Part shown: positions 55,511 to 64,000 of the stretch, piece by piece | How positions within the stretch are numbered: position 1 is the stretch's first letter | How the letters are laid out: each line of letters starts with the position of its first letter | Origin: an uncultured Actinomycetes bacterium | Lineage (GTDB): Bacteria; Actinomycetota; Thermoleophilia; UBA2241 | Length of the DNA stretch: 64,000 nt | Direction: 5' to 3' | Assembly (NCBI GenBank): GCA_963767005.1 | Contig: CAVYCN010000002.1 | Coordinates: 128,001-192,000 of the forward strand | Notes under the pieces: model-generated | Told to the model about the DNA's origin: nothing | Databases searched by the model: none | Seen by the model: only the letters and a program-made list of their open reading frames with translations | Program-made: the position numbers and the translations under genes

Positions 55511-57182
55511 CGACCCGGTGCTCGAAGCGATCGATCGGCGACTGCAGAGCTTCGACGACGAGCGCTTCGGCGAGCGGCTGTTCGAGCACGACGCGACACT
55601 CTGGAAAGACGACCCGCGACACGGCGCGATCATCGCGCAGGCCCTCGGCTGGCTGACGATCGCCGACGACATGAGGACACGGAGCGGCGACCTGCTCGGC
55701 TTCGCCGCGCAGGTCGCCGCCGAAGGCTACCGCGACGCGGTGCTGCTCGGCATGGGCGGCTCGAGCCTTGCGCCCGAGGTGCTGCGCCGCACCTTCGGGG
55801 TGGCCGACGGCTATCTCGACCTGCGCATCTGCGACTCGACCGACCCGGCCGCCGTGCGCGCCGTCGAGGAGGCGGTCGACCTCGAGCATACGCTGTTCAT
55901 CGTCTCGAGCAAGTCGAGCGGCACCACCGAGACGGCCTCGTTCCACGCCTACTTCCACGAGCGCCTGTGCGGGCTCGTCGGCGACGAGGCGGCCGGCCGC
56001 CACTTCGTGGCGATCACCGATCCCGACACCGCGCTGCACGAGGAGGCGCTGGCCCAGGGCTTTCGCGCCGTCTTTCTGAACCCGCCCGACATCGGCGGGC
56101 GCTACTCGGCCCTGTCGTATTTCGGTCTCGTGCCGGCCGCCCTCATCGGCCTCGACATCGACCGCCTGCTCGAGCGCGCCGCGTCGGTCGCGGCGCAGTG
56201 CCGCGACGGCGGCCCGGCGCGCGAGCACCCGGCCTTCAAGGTCGGCGTCGCGCTGGGCGAGCTCGCCCTCGCCGGCCGCGACAAGGTGACGTTCTTCCTG
56301 TCGCCCGCGATCGCCGCGCTCGGCGCCTGGCTCGAGCAGCTCCTGGCCGAGAGCACGGGCAAGGAGGGTACCGGTCTCGTGCCGATCGACGGCGAGCCGC
56401 CCGGCCCGCCCGAGGCCTACGGTGAGGACAGGGTGTTCGTGTACCTCGCCCTCGAGGGCGAGTCCGACGAGCGCCGTGGCGAGGCGCTGCAGGCGCTCGC
56501 CGCCGCCGGGCAGCCGACCATGACGCTGACGCTCAGCGACCTCTGGGACGTGGGCGCCGAATTCGTGCGCTGGGAGATGGCCGTGGCGGCCGCCGGCGCG
56601 GTGCTCGGCATCGACCCCTTCGACCAGCCCAACGTTCAGGAGAGCAAGGACAACACCAGACGGCTGCTCGCCGTCTACGAGGCCGAGGGCAGCCTGCCGG
56701 CGCCGCCCACGGCGGCCGGCCGGCCGCTCACCGTGGCGGTCGGCGACCCCGGCCTCCGCGACGCGCTGCGCGGGCTGCTCGGCGTGGTGCGGCCCGGCGA
56801 CTACGTGGCGCTGCAGGCCTACGTGCCGCCGGGCGAGCGCCACCAGCGCATCCTGCAGGGCGTCAGGCTTCTGCTGCGCGACCGCTTCCACGTGGCCACG
56901 ACGCTGGGCTACGGGCCCCGCTTCCTGCACTCGACCGGCCAGCTCCACAAGGGCGGCCGGCCCGACGGCGTGTTCCTGCAGCTCACCTGCGGCGAGCGCG
57001 GCGATCTGCCGATCCCGGGGCAGCCCTACACGTTCGGGCTCCTCGTGCAGGCGCAGGCGCGCGGCGATCTCGAGGCGCTCGCCTCGCGCGGACTGCGCGT
57101 GCTGTCGGTCGACCTCGGCTCCGAGCCGCTGGCCGGCCTCACGACCCTGGGCGGCGCCGTGGCGGAGCTGCTGCGGGGCTGA
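55503..57182 (+). CDS. pgi: Glucose-6-phosphate isomerase (Tal-Pgi C-terminal type)
   Basis: GMGGSSL, SSKS.GTTET, IGGRYSALS, EQLLAESTGK, PFDQPNVQESK, GPRFLHSTGQLHKGG. Own SD GGAGG. Confidence 0.9.
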   Translation: MPSDPVLEAIDRRLQSFDDERFGERLFEHDATLWKDDPRHGAIIAQALGWLTIADDMRTRSGDLLGFAAQVAAEGYRDAVLLGMGGSSLAPEVLRRTFGVADGYLDLRICDSTDPAAVRAVEEAVDLEHTLFIVSSKSSGTTETASFHAYFHERLCGLVGDEAAGRHFVAITDPDTALHEEALAQGFRAVFLNPPDIGGRYSALSYFGLVPAALIGLDIDRLLERAASVAAQCRDGGPAREHPAFKVGVALGELALAGRDKVTFFLSPAIAALGAWLEQLLAESTGKEGTGLVPIDGEPPGPPEAYGEDRVFVYLALEGESDERRGEALQALAAAGQPTMTLTLSDLWDVGAEFVRWEMAVAAAGAVLGIDPFDQPNVQESKDNTRRLLAVYEAEGSLPAPPTAAGRPLTVAVGDPGLRDALRGLLGVVRPGDYVALQAYVPPGERHQRILQGVRLLLRDRFHVATTLGYGPRFLHSTGQLHKGGRPDGVFLQLTCGERGDLPIPGQPYTFGLLVQAQARGDLEALASRGLRVLSVDLGSEPLAGLTTLGGAVAELLRG

Positions 57183-57266
57183 CCGAGCACGGCGACGAGG
57201 CGGCGGCCGGCTTTGAGCCGGCCGCCGCCCGCGCCTCGACACCCGACGAGACAAAGGAGACGGCAC

Positions 57267-58166
57267 ATGGAACTGGCGATGGTCGGCCTCGGTCGCATGG
57301 GCGGCAACATGGCGCGGCGCTTGCTGCGCGGCGGGCACCGCGTCGTCGTCTGGAACCGCACGTTCGCCAAGGCGCAGGAGCTCGAGAGCGCGGGCGCCGA
57401 GGCGGTCGAGCGGCTTGAGGACGTGCCCGGCAAGCTCACGGCGCCGCGCGCGATCTGGGTGATGCTGCCGTACGGAGCTCCTACAGACGAGGCCATCGAC
57501 GCGCTCGTGCCGCACCTCGACCGCAACGACGTCGTGATCGACGGCGGCAACTCGCCCTATCAGCACGACATCGAGCGCGGCGCCCGGCTCGAGACGCAGG
57601 GCCTCCGCTACCTCGACGCCGGTACGAGCGGCGGCGTGTGGGGGCTCGAGGTCGGCTACTGCCTGATGGTGGGCGGCGACCGCAGCGCCTTCGAGCAGAT
57701 CGAGCCGGCGCTCGCCACGCTGGCGCCGCCCGGCCACGGCTACGAGTACTGTGGCGGCCACGGCGCCGGTCACTTCGTGAAGATGGTCCACAACGGCATC
57801 GAGTACGGCATGATGCAGGCCTACGGCGAGGGCTTCGAGCTGCTCGCGGCGAGCGGCTACGACCTCGACCTCTCGTCGATCGCCGACCTCTGGAACCAGG
57901 GCAGCGTGGTGCGCTCGTGGCTGCTCGAGCTGGCCGTCGACGCCTTCCGCAAGGACCCCGGCCTCGAGCAGATCAGCGGCTACGTCGAGGACACCGGCGA
58001 GGGCCGCTGGACGGTGCAGCAGGCGATCGAGCGCGGCGTGCCCATGCCGGTGATCGCCCTGTCGCTGTTCATGCGCTTCCGCTCGCGGCAGGACGACTCG
58101 TTCTCGGGCAAGGTGCTGGCCGCGCTGCGCAACGAGTTCGGCGGTCACGCCGTGAAGGCCAGATGA
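57267..58166 (+). CDS. gnd: 6-phosphogluconate dehydrogenase, short (YqeC-type) form
   Basis: [39 protein letters not shown]. Confidence 0.93.
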   Translation: MELAMVGLGRMGGNMARRLLRGGHRVVVWNRTFAKAQELESAGAEAVERLEDVPGKLTAPRAIWVMLPYGAPTDEAIDALVPHLDRNDVVIDGGNSPYQHDIERGARLETQGLRYLDAGTSGGVWGLEVGYCLMVGGDRSAFEQIEPALATLAPPGHGYEYCGGHGAGHFVKMVHNGIEYGMMQAYGEGFELLAASGYDLDLSSIADLWNQGSVVRSWLLELAVDAFRKDPGLEQISGYVEDTGEGRWTVQQAIERGVPMPVIALSLFMRFRSRQDDSFSGKVLAALRNEFGGHAVKAR

Positions 58167-58239
58167 ACGGCGCCGGACTGCGCCCGCCGCGTGGCGGGCG
58201 GCCGGGCGGTCAAGCGCGGCCGGCGAGGGACGGACGGCC

Positions 58240-59853
58240 ATGGACGTGATCGGCTACGACGAGTCCGAGACGCCGCTGCGCGAGGCGCCCGGCACGACGC
58301 CGGTCGAGTCGCCGCTCACCCTCGAGCGTCGTCCCGAGCCCTGCACGATCGTGCTGTTCGGCGTGACCGGCGACCTCGCCAGTCGCAAGCTGATCCCGGC
58401 TCTGTACGACCTCGCCTGCCACAACGTGCTGCCGCGGCGCTTCGCCCTGGTCGGCTACGGGCGCAAGGCCATGAGCGACCCCGACATGAAAGCGCTCTCG
58501 CGCGAGGCCATCGACAGCTTCTTCGGCTCCGGCACGGCCGAGACGCGCACCTGTAACGACATGCTCGACACGGTGCACTACGTGCAGGGCGAGTTCAACG
58601 ACGCGGCCGGCTACGAGCGCCTCGCCGACACGCTCGACGAGCTCGATCGCGACAAGCACACGGCCGGCAACCGCATCTTCTACCTCGCCACGCCGCCGAG
58701 CCTGTTCCCGGTCATCATCGAGCGGCTCGGCGCCGCCGGCCTGAACCGCGGCGGCGCGACCGGCGCCCCCGAGGAGCACGGCGAGGACCATGGCTGGGTG
58801 CGCGCCGTGATCGAGAAGCCGTTCGGCAGCGACCTCGACGGCGCCCGCGCGCTGAACGCCGTCGTGCGCAAGGTCTTCGACGAGAGCCAGGTGTACCGCA
58901 TCGACCACTATCTGGCGAAGGAGACGGTGCAGAACATCCTGGTCTTCCGCTTCGCCAACGGCATCTTCGAGCCGGTCTGGAACCGGCGCTACGTCGACCA
59001 CGTGCAGATCACGGCGGCCGAGACGCTCGGCGTCGAGCACCGCGGCGCCTACTACGAGGAGTCCGGCGCGCTGCGCGACATGATCCAGAACCACCTGCTG
59101 CAGCTCCTCACCCTGACGGCCATGGAGCCGCCGGTCGCCTTCGACGCCGACGCCGTGCGCGACGAGAAGGTCAAGGTGATCAGGGCGATCAGGCCGATCC
59201 CGATCGAGCGCGTCGACCAGTACGCCGTGCGCGGCCAGTACGTCGAGGGCACGATCGGCGGCGAGATCGTGCCGGGCTACCGCCAGGAGGAACGCGTGGC
59301 GCCCGACTCGACGGTCGAGACCTTCGCCGCCGTCAAGTTCCTGATCGACAACTGGCGCTGGCAGGGCGTGCCGTTCTACCTGCGCACCGGCAAGCGCCTG
59401 CCGGGTCACGTGACCGAGATCGCCATCCAGTTCAAGCGGCCGCCGTTCCTGCTGTTCAAGGACGCCGACGTGCCGGGCGACCGCGTACCGGCCAACCTGC
59501 TGATCGGCCACATCCAGCCGCGCGAGGGTTTCTCGCTGCGGTTCGAGGCCAAGGTGCCGGGCCAGGCCATCCGCCTGCAGCCCGTCGAGATGGACTTCGA
59601 CTACGGCTCGCAGCTCTCCGAGCTGCCCTTCAGCGCCTACGAGACGCTGCTGCTCGACTGCATGGTCGGCGACCAGACGCTGTTCAACCGCGACGACCAG
59701 GTCGAGGAGGCCTGGCGCGTGGTGAACCCGATCCTCGAAGCGTGGTACCGCTCGGGTCCCGGGGCCGTGTCGATCTACGAGGCCGGCACGTGGGGCCCCG
59801 AGGCCGCCGAAGGTCTCGTGGCGAGCGACGGCCGCGCCTGGCGGCGCCCGTGA
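58240..59853 (+). CDS. zwf: Glucose-6-phosphate 1-dehydrogenase
   Basis: [42 protein letters not shown]. Confidence 0.96.
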   Translation: MDVIGYDESETPLREAPGTTPVESPLTLERRPEPCTIVLFGVTGDLASRKLIPALYDLACHNVLPRRFALVGYGRKAMSDPDMKALSREAIDSFFGSGTAETRTCNDMLDTVHYVQGEFNDAAGYERLADTLDELDRDKHTAGNRIFYLATPPSLFPVIIERLGAAGLNRGGATGAPEEHGEDHGWVRAVIEKPFGSDLDGARALNAVVRKVFDESQVYRIDHYLAKETVQNILVFRFANGIFEPVWNRRYVDHVQITAAETLGVEHRGAYYEESGALRDMIQNHLLQLLTLTAMEPPVAFDADAVRDEKVKVIRAIRPIPIERVDQYAVRGQYVEGTIGGEIVPGYRQEERVAPDSTVETFAAVKFLIDNWRWQGVPFYLRTGKRLPGHVTEIAIQFKRPPFLLFKDADVPGDRVPANLLIGHIQPREGFSLRFEAKVPGQAIRLQPVEMDFDYGSQLSELPFSAYETLLLDCMVGDQTLFNRDDQVEEAWRVVNPILEAWYRSGPGAVSIYEAGTWGPEAAEGLVASDGRAWRRP

Positions 59854-60620
59854 GCGCCGCGCTCGGCACCTCGCTCGAGGTGCTGCCCGACGCCGCCGCG
59901 GTGGCCCGCCGCGGCGCCGACCTGCTGGCCGCCGCCGCGCAGGAGGCCGCCGCGGCGCGCGGCGCCTGCACCGTGGCCTTGTCGGGCGGCGACTCGCCGC
60001 GGCCGCTCTACGCGCTGCTCGCCCGCCAGCAGTTCGCCCAGAAGATCCCCTGGCGGCGCGTGCACCTGTACTGGGGCGACGAGCGCTGCGTGCCGCCCGA
60101 TAGCGAGCGCAGCAACTACGCCATGGCGCGCGAGGCCTTCATCCGCCACGTGCCGATCCCCGAGCAGAACGTGCACCGCATGCGCGGCGAGGACGACCCC
60201 GACGAGGCGGCGAGGGCGTACGAACGGCTGCTCGCGCAGCCGCCCGCCCTCGCCGCCCACTCCACCGCCGACCTGCCGGTGATCGACCTCGTACTGCTCG
60301 GTCTCGGCCCCGACGGCCACACCGCGTCGCTGTTCCCGCACTCGCCGGCGCTCGCCGTCGAAGATCGGCTCTGCGTCGCGAACGAGGGCGAGGGCACGGG
60401 GCAGAGGTTGACCATGACCTACCCGGTCGTGAATGCCGCGCGACGCGTCGTGTTCGTCGTGACCGGCGCCGCCAAGGCCGGCATGGTGGCCGAGGTGCTC
60501 GAGGGCCTGCGCGCGCCCGAGGCGATCCCCGCCCAGGGGGTCGCGCCGGTTCACGGCGCCCTCACCTGGCTGCTCGACGAGGCCGCGGCGAGCGAGCTGA
60601 GCGAGCGGGGAGGCGGCTGA
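59850..60620 (+). CDS. pgl: 6-phosphogluconolactonase
   Basis: ALSGG.SP, GDERCVP...[21 protein letters not shown] overlap with zwf. Confidence 0.93.
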   Translation: MSAALGTSLEVLPDAAAVARRGADLLAAAAQEAAAARGACTVALSGGDSPRPLYALLARQQFAQKIPWRRVHLYWGDERCVPPDSERSNYAMAREAFIRHVPIPEQNVHRMRGEDDPDEAARAYERLLAQPPALAAHSTADLPVIDLVLLGLGPDGHTASLFPHSPALAVEDRLCVANEGEGTGQRLTMTYPVVNAARRVVFVVTGAAKAGMVAEVLEGLRAPEAIPAQGVAPVHGALTWLLDEAAASELSERGGG

Positions 60621-60726
60621 GCACACGCTCTCGGATCATCGACCGGCGGCGCCCTTTCGTGCGCTCTGCGAGTGGAGGCATCGCTGCCCGTCGGACGTAG
60701 TATGGTTCTGACGAGAGGAGCGCCTC

Positions 60727-60864
60727 ATGGGGAACATCGCCTGGAGTTTGATCATCTGGACCGCCGTCACGTTCGTCGTGATGGTGGGGCTCGTCGTCGG
60801 TGTGGCGATCTGGCTGGCCAGACGCGTTCGGGGGCGAACGCGAACAGGCGCGCCGAGGGCCTGA
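60727..60864 (+). CDS. Small single-TM membrane protein (45 aa), not in the ORF track
   Basis: SD GAGAGGAG before ATG. MGNIAWSLIIWTAVTFVVMVGLVVGVAIWLARRVRGRTRTGAPRA*. Confidence 0.6.
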   Translation: MGNIAWSLIIWTAVTFVVMVGLVVGVAIWLARRVRGRTRTGAPRA

Positions 60865-60927
60865 CGGCAGGCGCAGCGCGCGCCGATGCGGGGAGCCGAG
60901 GACGAGTGTCTGGCCTTCGCCGTGCGG

Positions 60928-60936
60928 TGGTATCCT
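60928..60936 (+). promoter_or_regulatory. Extended -10 promoter of rnpB
   Basis: TG-G-TATCCT just upstream of the P1 5' strand. Confidence 0.55.
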
Positions 60937-60939
60937 GTC

Positions 60940-61322
60940 CGAGCAAGCCAGGTGGCCGCGGCGCGGCCGCGTCTTCCGTCTCCTCGGAGCGGACGAGGCG
61001 CCGCGTCGAGGAAAGTCCGGACACCACAGAGCAGGGCGCTGGATAACGTCCAGGCGGCGAAAGCCGACGGCAGCGCAACAGAGAGCAGACCGCCAGCGGC
61101 CCCTTCGGGGGTGCGGGCAAGGGTGAAACGGTGAGGTAAGAGCTCACCAGCGGTCCTGGCGACAGGCCGGCTCGGCAAGCCCCGCCCGGTGCAAGACCAA
61201 ATAGGGAGGCGTTCGAGGGTTGCTCGCCCGAAGCCTCCGGGTCGGTCGCACGAGCCCCGCGGCAACGCGGTGGCCCAGATGGATGGCCACTCAACGACAG
61301 AATCCGGCTTATCGGCTTGCTG
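60940..61322 (+). ncRNA. rnpB: RNase P RNA, class A
   Basis: GAGGAAAGTCCGG, CAACAGAGAGCAGACCG, GGGTGAAACGGTGAGGTAAGAGC, GCAAGACCAAATAG, ACAGAATCCGGCTTAT. P1 AGCAAGCC/GGCTTGCT. Confidence 0.96.
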
Positions 61323-61324
61323 AC

Positions 61325-61359
61325 GAAAGCCCCGCCGCGCAGCTGACGGCGGGGCTTTC
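61325..61359 (+). terminator. Intrinsic terminator of rnpB
   Basis: GAAAGCCCCGCCG-9 nt-CGGCGGGGCTTTC. Confidence 0.75.
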
Positions 61360-61378
61360 CATAAAGAGGGGGAGTGAG

Positions 61379-61909
61379 GTGAGCGCGGCGCCCACAGCGG
61401 CCGAGGTGATCGCCCGTCTGGGACTCGAGCCGCACCCCGAGGGCGGCTATTTCCGCGAGACCTATCGTTCGGCCGCCACGGTCGATGCCCCGCAGGGCCG
61501 GCGCGCCGCGGCGACCGCCATCGCGTTCCTGCTCACCGCCGGGCGCCCGAGCCGCTTCCACCGCCTCATCTCCGACGAGCTCTGGGCCTGGCAGGGCGGC
61601 GCGCCGCTCGAGCTGTGGCTGCTCGAGCAGGACGGCACGGCACGCGCCGTCGTCCTGGGCTCGAGCAGCGAGCGGGCCGCGGCCCTGCCGGCGGTGCGCG
61701 TGCCGGCCGGCGTCTGGCAGGCGGCCCGCGTGACCGCGCCGGCGGCCGGGGAGCCGGCCCGCGCGACCGCGCCTGCGGCGGCCGACTGGGCGCTCGTGTC
61801 GTGCGTCGTCACGCCGGGCTTCGACCACGCCGACTTTGCGCTCGGGCGGCGCGAGGTGCTCGCGGCGGGCTGGCCCCAGGCCGCCGCCGTGGTCGAGGAG
61901 CTCACGTAG
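61379..61909 (+). CDS. Cupin_5 (DUF985) family protein
   Basis: LGLEPHPEGGYFRETYRS, TAIAFLL, FHRL.SDE.W, VPAGVWQAA, LVSCVVTPGFD. Confidence 0.88.
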   Translation: MSAAPTAAEVIARLGLEPHPEGGYFRETYRSAATVDAPQGRRAAATAIAFLLTAGRPSRFHRLISDELWAWQGGAPLELWLLEQDGTARAVVLGSSSERAAALPAVRVPAGVWQAARVTAPAAGEPARATAPAAADWALVSCVVTPGFDHADFALGRREVLAAGWPQAAAVVEELT

Positions 61910-61974
61910 GGCGATTGTGCCGCTCCGGCGCGGCGCGTATCCTTGCTTGGACCAACCTTGTCCAAGGAGGCCAC

Positions 61975-62352
61975 GTGGCCCGTGCACTCACGCCCGACGA
62001 GCTCACCCGGTATCCGTGGGCCAGCCGGATCGGCGACTACGTCCCGGTCGGCCGGCTGCGCACGACGGCCGTGCTGATCGGCGTCGGCGGCCTCCTGGTG
62101 CTCCTGCTGGGCTGCATCGTGTCGCTGGCCGCCGCCGAGAACATCCGCCATGCGGTGACCATGAGTCACTGGGGCACCGCGGCCGGTGTGTACGGCGGCA
62201 TCGCGCTCTCCGCCGTCGGCGCCGTGCTCGGCGTCGTCACGCTGGTGCAGTGGTTCTCGCGCCGTGGCTCGATCGCGCCACTCCTGTGGTCGCTCGGCGC
62301 GTTCGTGCCGGTGCTCGTGATCGTGTTCCTGATCCGGCCGGCCATCCACTGA
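61975..62352 (+). CDS. Hypothetical 3-TM membrane protein
   Basis: SD AAGGAGG before GTG, three hydrophobic segments, GC3-biased codons. Confidence 0.65.
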   Translation: MARALTPDELTRYPWASRIGDYVPVGRLRTTAVLIGVGGLLVLLLGCIVSLAAAENIRHAVTMSHWGTAAGVYGGIALSAVGAVLGVVTLVQWFSRRGSIAPLLWSLGAFVPVLVIVFLIRPAIH

Positions 62353-62455
62353 CCGTCGCGGCGCGCGCCGCGGCGCGAGCGGCGTCGCCGGCAACGTCCG
62401 CGGCGCGGAGCGGCCGGCTCCGTCCGGATGGCCTGCTAGCGTAGGACACGCCACC

Positions 62456-64000
62456 ATGCCGACCGCCTCGCACACCCACGACTCTCTGCTCCGCCTCGGG
62501 GGCCGCGCGCGGCTCGAGTCCGGCCTCGCCGACTGGATCGCCGCCGTCAAGGCCGGCGACCCGCTGCGCCGCGTCGTCGTGGTGACCGGCTCCAGCCTGG
62601 CCTGCGGTCACCTCGCTCGGGTCGTGGCGGCCCGCCTCGGCGCCCACGCCGGCGTGCGCTTCGTCTCGATCCACAGCCTGGCGCGTGAGCTGGCCGGTCC
62701 GGCCCTCGAACTCGATGGCCTGCATCTGCTCACGCCCCTGTTGCGCGAACGCCTGGTGGCGAGCCTGTCCGGCGCCCACACCGGCGCCGACTCCTTCTTC
62801 GGCCCGGTGGCGCGCACGCCCGGCCTGCCGCGCGCCCTCACGCGCAGCATCGACGACCTGCGCGAAGCCGGCGTGCCGCCCGCCGCCCTCGGTGCCGCCC
62901 GCTCGCCGCGGGTCGCCGCGCTCGCGGCGCTCTACGGCGACTACGTCGTCGCTCTGCAGCGGCGCCGTCTGGTCGACGACGCCGGCCTGTACGCGCTGGC
63001 GGCGGGCGCCGTCGACGAAGGCCGGCCACCGCTCGACCCGGGCACGCCGGTCGCCGTCTACGGGCTCTACGACCTGCCCGCCATGCAGGCCGGCCTCATC
63101 GCGGCACTGCCGGCCGGACGGCCGCTCGCCGCGTTCGTGCCGTGGGGCGCCGGCGTCGAGCCCTATGCCGCCCCGGCACGAGCCTTCTTCGAGGGGCTCG
63201 GCCTGCCGATCGCCGAGCCCGGCGCGGGCGCCGACCAAGTCGCCGCTGTGAGCGTACTGGCCGTCACCGACGACGTCGCCCAGCGGCGCGCGGCCTGTGG
63301 CGCCGTGCTGCGCGCGGCGGCCGGCGGCGTCGCGTTCCACGACATGGCGGTGCTCGTGCACGACGCCTCCGGCCGTGCGCACATGGCCGCGGCGCTCTCC
63401 GGGTACGACGTGCCGGTCGCGGCGCACGGACCAGCCGGCGACGTCGCGTCGCGCACCTGCCGGCTGCTGCTCGACTGCCTCGCGCCGGCGGCCGGCCGGG
63501 CGCTGCGGCGCGACACAGTGATCGACCTGGCCGCCACGGCGCCGCGCCTCGCGGTGCCCGCCGATGCCGCGACGGTCGCCCTGTGGGACGACCTCTCGCG
63601 CCGGGCCCGCATCGTAGCCGACGACGAGTGGCTCAGCCGCCTCGGACGCCTCGAGCGGGCGATCGCGTGGCGCGCCGGGCTCGGCGACGACGGCGACGAG
63701 AGCGCTCCCGACGGCGGGCACCGGGCAGGGTCGAGCGCGGCCGGCGACGCCGGCCGCGCGGCGGCCGCCGAGGCGCTTGCCGCCGCCGCCTCGCTGCGCG
63801 AGCTCGTCGCCCGCCTGGCCGGGCTGCGCCGCCGTCTGGTCGGCGCGCGGAGCTGGCCGCAGGCGGTCAAGACCTTCCTCGACGGCGCGCAGACGCTCTG
63901 CGGCGTGGCGACCGGCGAGCCCGCCGCGCTGGCGCTCGCCGGCCTCGCCGACCTCCGCCTGGTCGACGACGGGCCTCCCGGCGAGGGCTTCGCGGCGGTC
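62456..64000 (+). CDS. AddB-like helicase/nuclease subunit, N-terminal part (partial, runs off the window)
   Basis: Open frame from ATG 62456 to the end. VKAGDPLRRVVVVTGS..., IDDLREAG, VYGLYDL and DMAVLV resemble the inactive helicase module of AddB/PD-(D/E)XK proteins. Confidence 0.6.
   Translation, partial: MPTASHTHDSLLRLGGRARLESGLADWIAAVKAGDPLRRVVVVTGSSLACGHLARVVAARLGAHAGVRFVSIHSLARELAGPALELDGLHLLTPLLRERLVASLSGAHTGADSFFGPVARTPGLPRALTRSIDDLREAGVPPAALGAARSPRVAALAALYGDYVVALQRRRLVDDAGLYALAAGAVDEGRPPLDPGTPVAVYGLYDLPAMQAGLIAALPAGRPLAAFVPWGAGVEPYAAPARAFFEGLGLPIAEPGAGADQVAAVSVLAVTDDVAQRRAACGAVLRAAAGGVAFHDMAVLVHDASGRAHMAAALSGYDVPVAAHGPAGDVASRTCRLLLDCLAPAAGRALRRDTVIDLAATAPRLAVPADAATVALWDDLSRRARIVADDEWLSRLGRLERAIAWRAGLGDDGDESAPDGGHRAGSSAAGDAGRAAAAEALAAAASLRELVARLAGLRRRLVGARSWPQAVKTFLDGAQTLCGVATGEPAALALAGLADLRLVDDGPPGEGFAAV

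Noticed and set aside
57199-57229. Hairpin between pgi and gnd as a novel ncRNA
   Set aside because: A simple GC hairpin like others in the window, most likely an mRNA stability or termination element.

Overview
This is a very GC-rich bacterial chromosomal window, probably from a deep-branching actinobacterium such as Thermoleophilia (inferred from gene content and style). It holds about 48 CDS, tRNA-Leu(CAA) and RNase P RNA. I saw no integrase, transposase, phage gene or CRISPR array. Housekeeping blocks are ybeY-dgkA-cdd-era-deoC, a PPi-type Pfk, tkt, tal-pgi-gnd-zwf-pgl, cbiZ/cbiB, rnpB and a partial AddB-like gene. Best candidates for undescribed biology: (1) a Dlt-like envelope-acylation operon (Fe-S flavoprotein, ACP, DltX-like microprotein ending FRYVGF, non-amino-acid adenylating enzyme, MBOAT) with no DltD, followed by a lytic-transglycosylase-like gene; (2) a second, catalytically rewired transaldolase-fold enzyme paired with a divergent HisC-like PLP enzyme next to tkt; (3) two divergent secreted proteins (G1 peptidase and a giant FG-GAP/Ig adhesin broken by one extra G) that share a basic C-terminal module and flank an AT-rich palindrome; (4) an HTH-5xGAF-HD-GYP-Cache-like-GGDQL signalling protein; (5) a fused NfnAB; (6) a dispersed intergenic repeat family with a 29-bp period. 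All calls come from motifs read by eye; no database searches were run.
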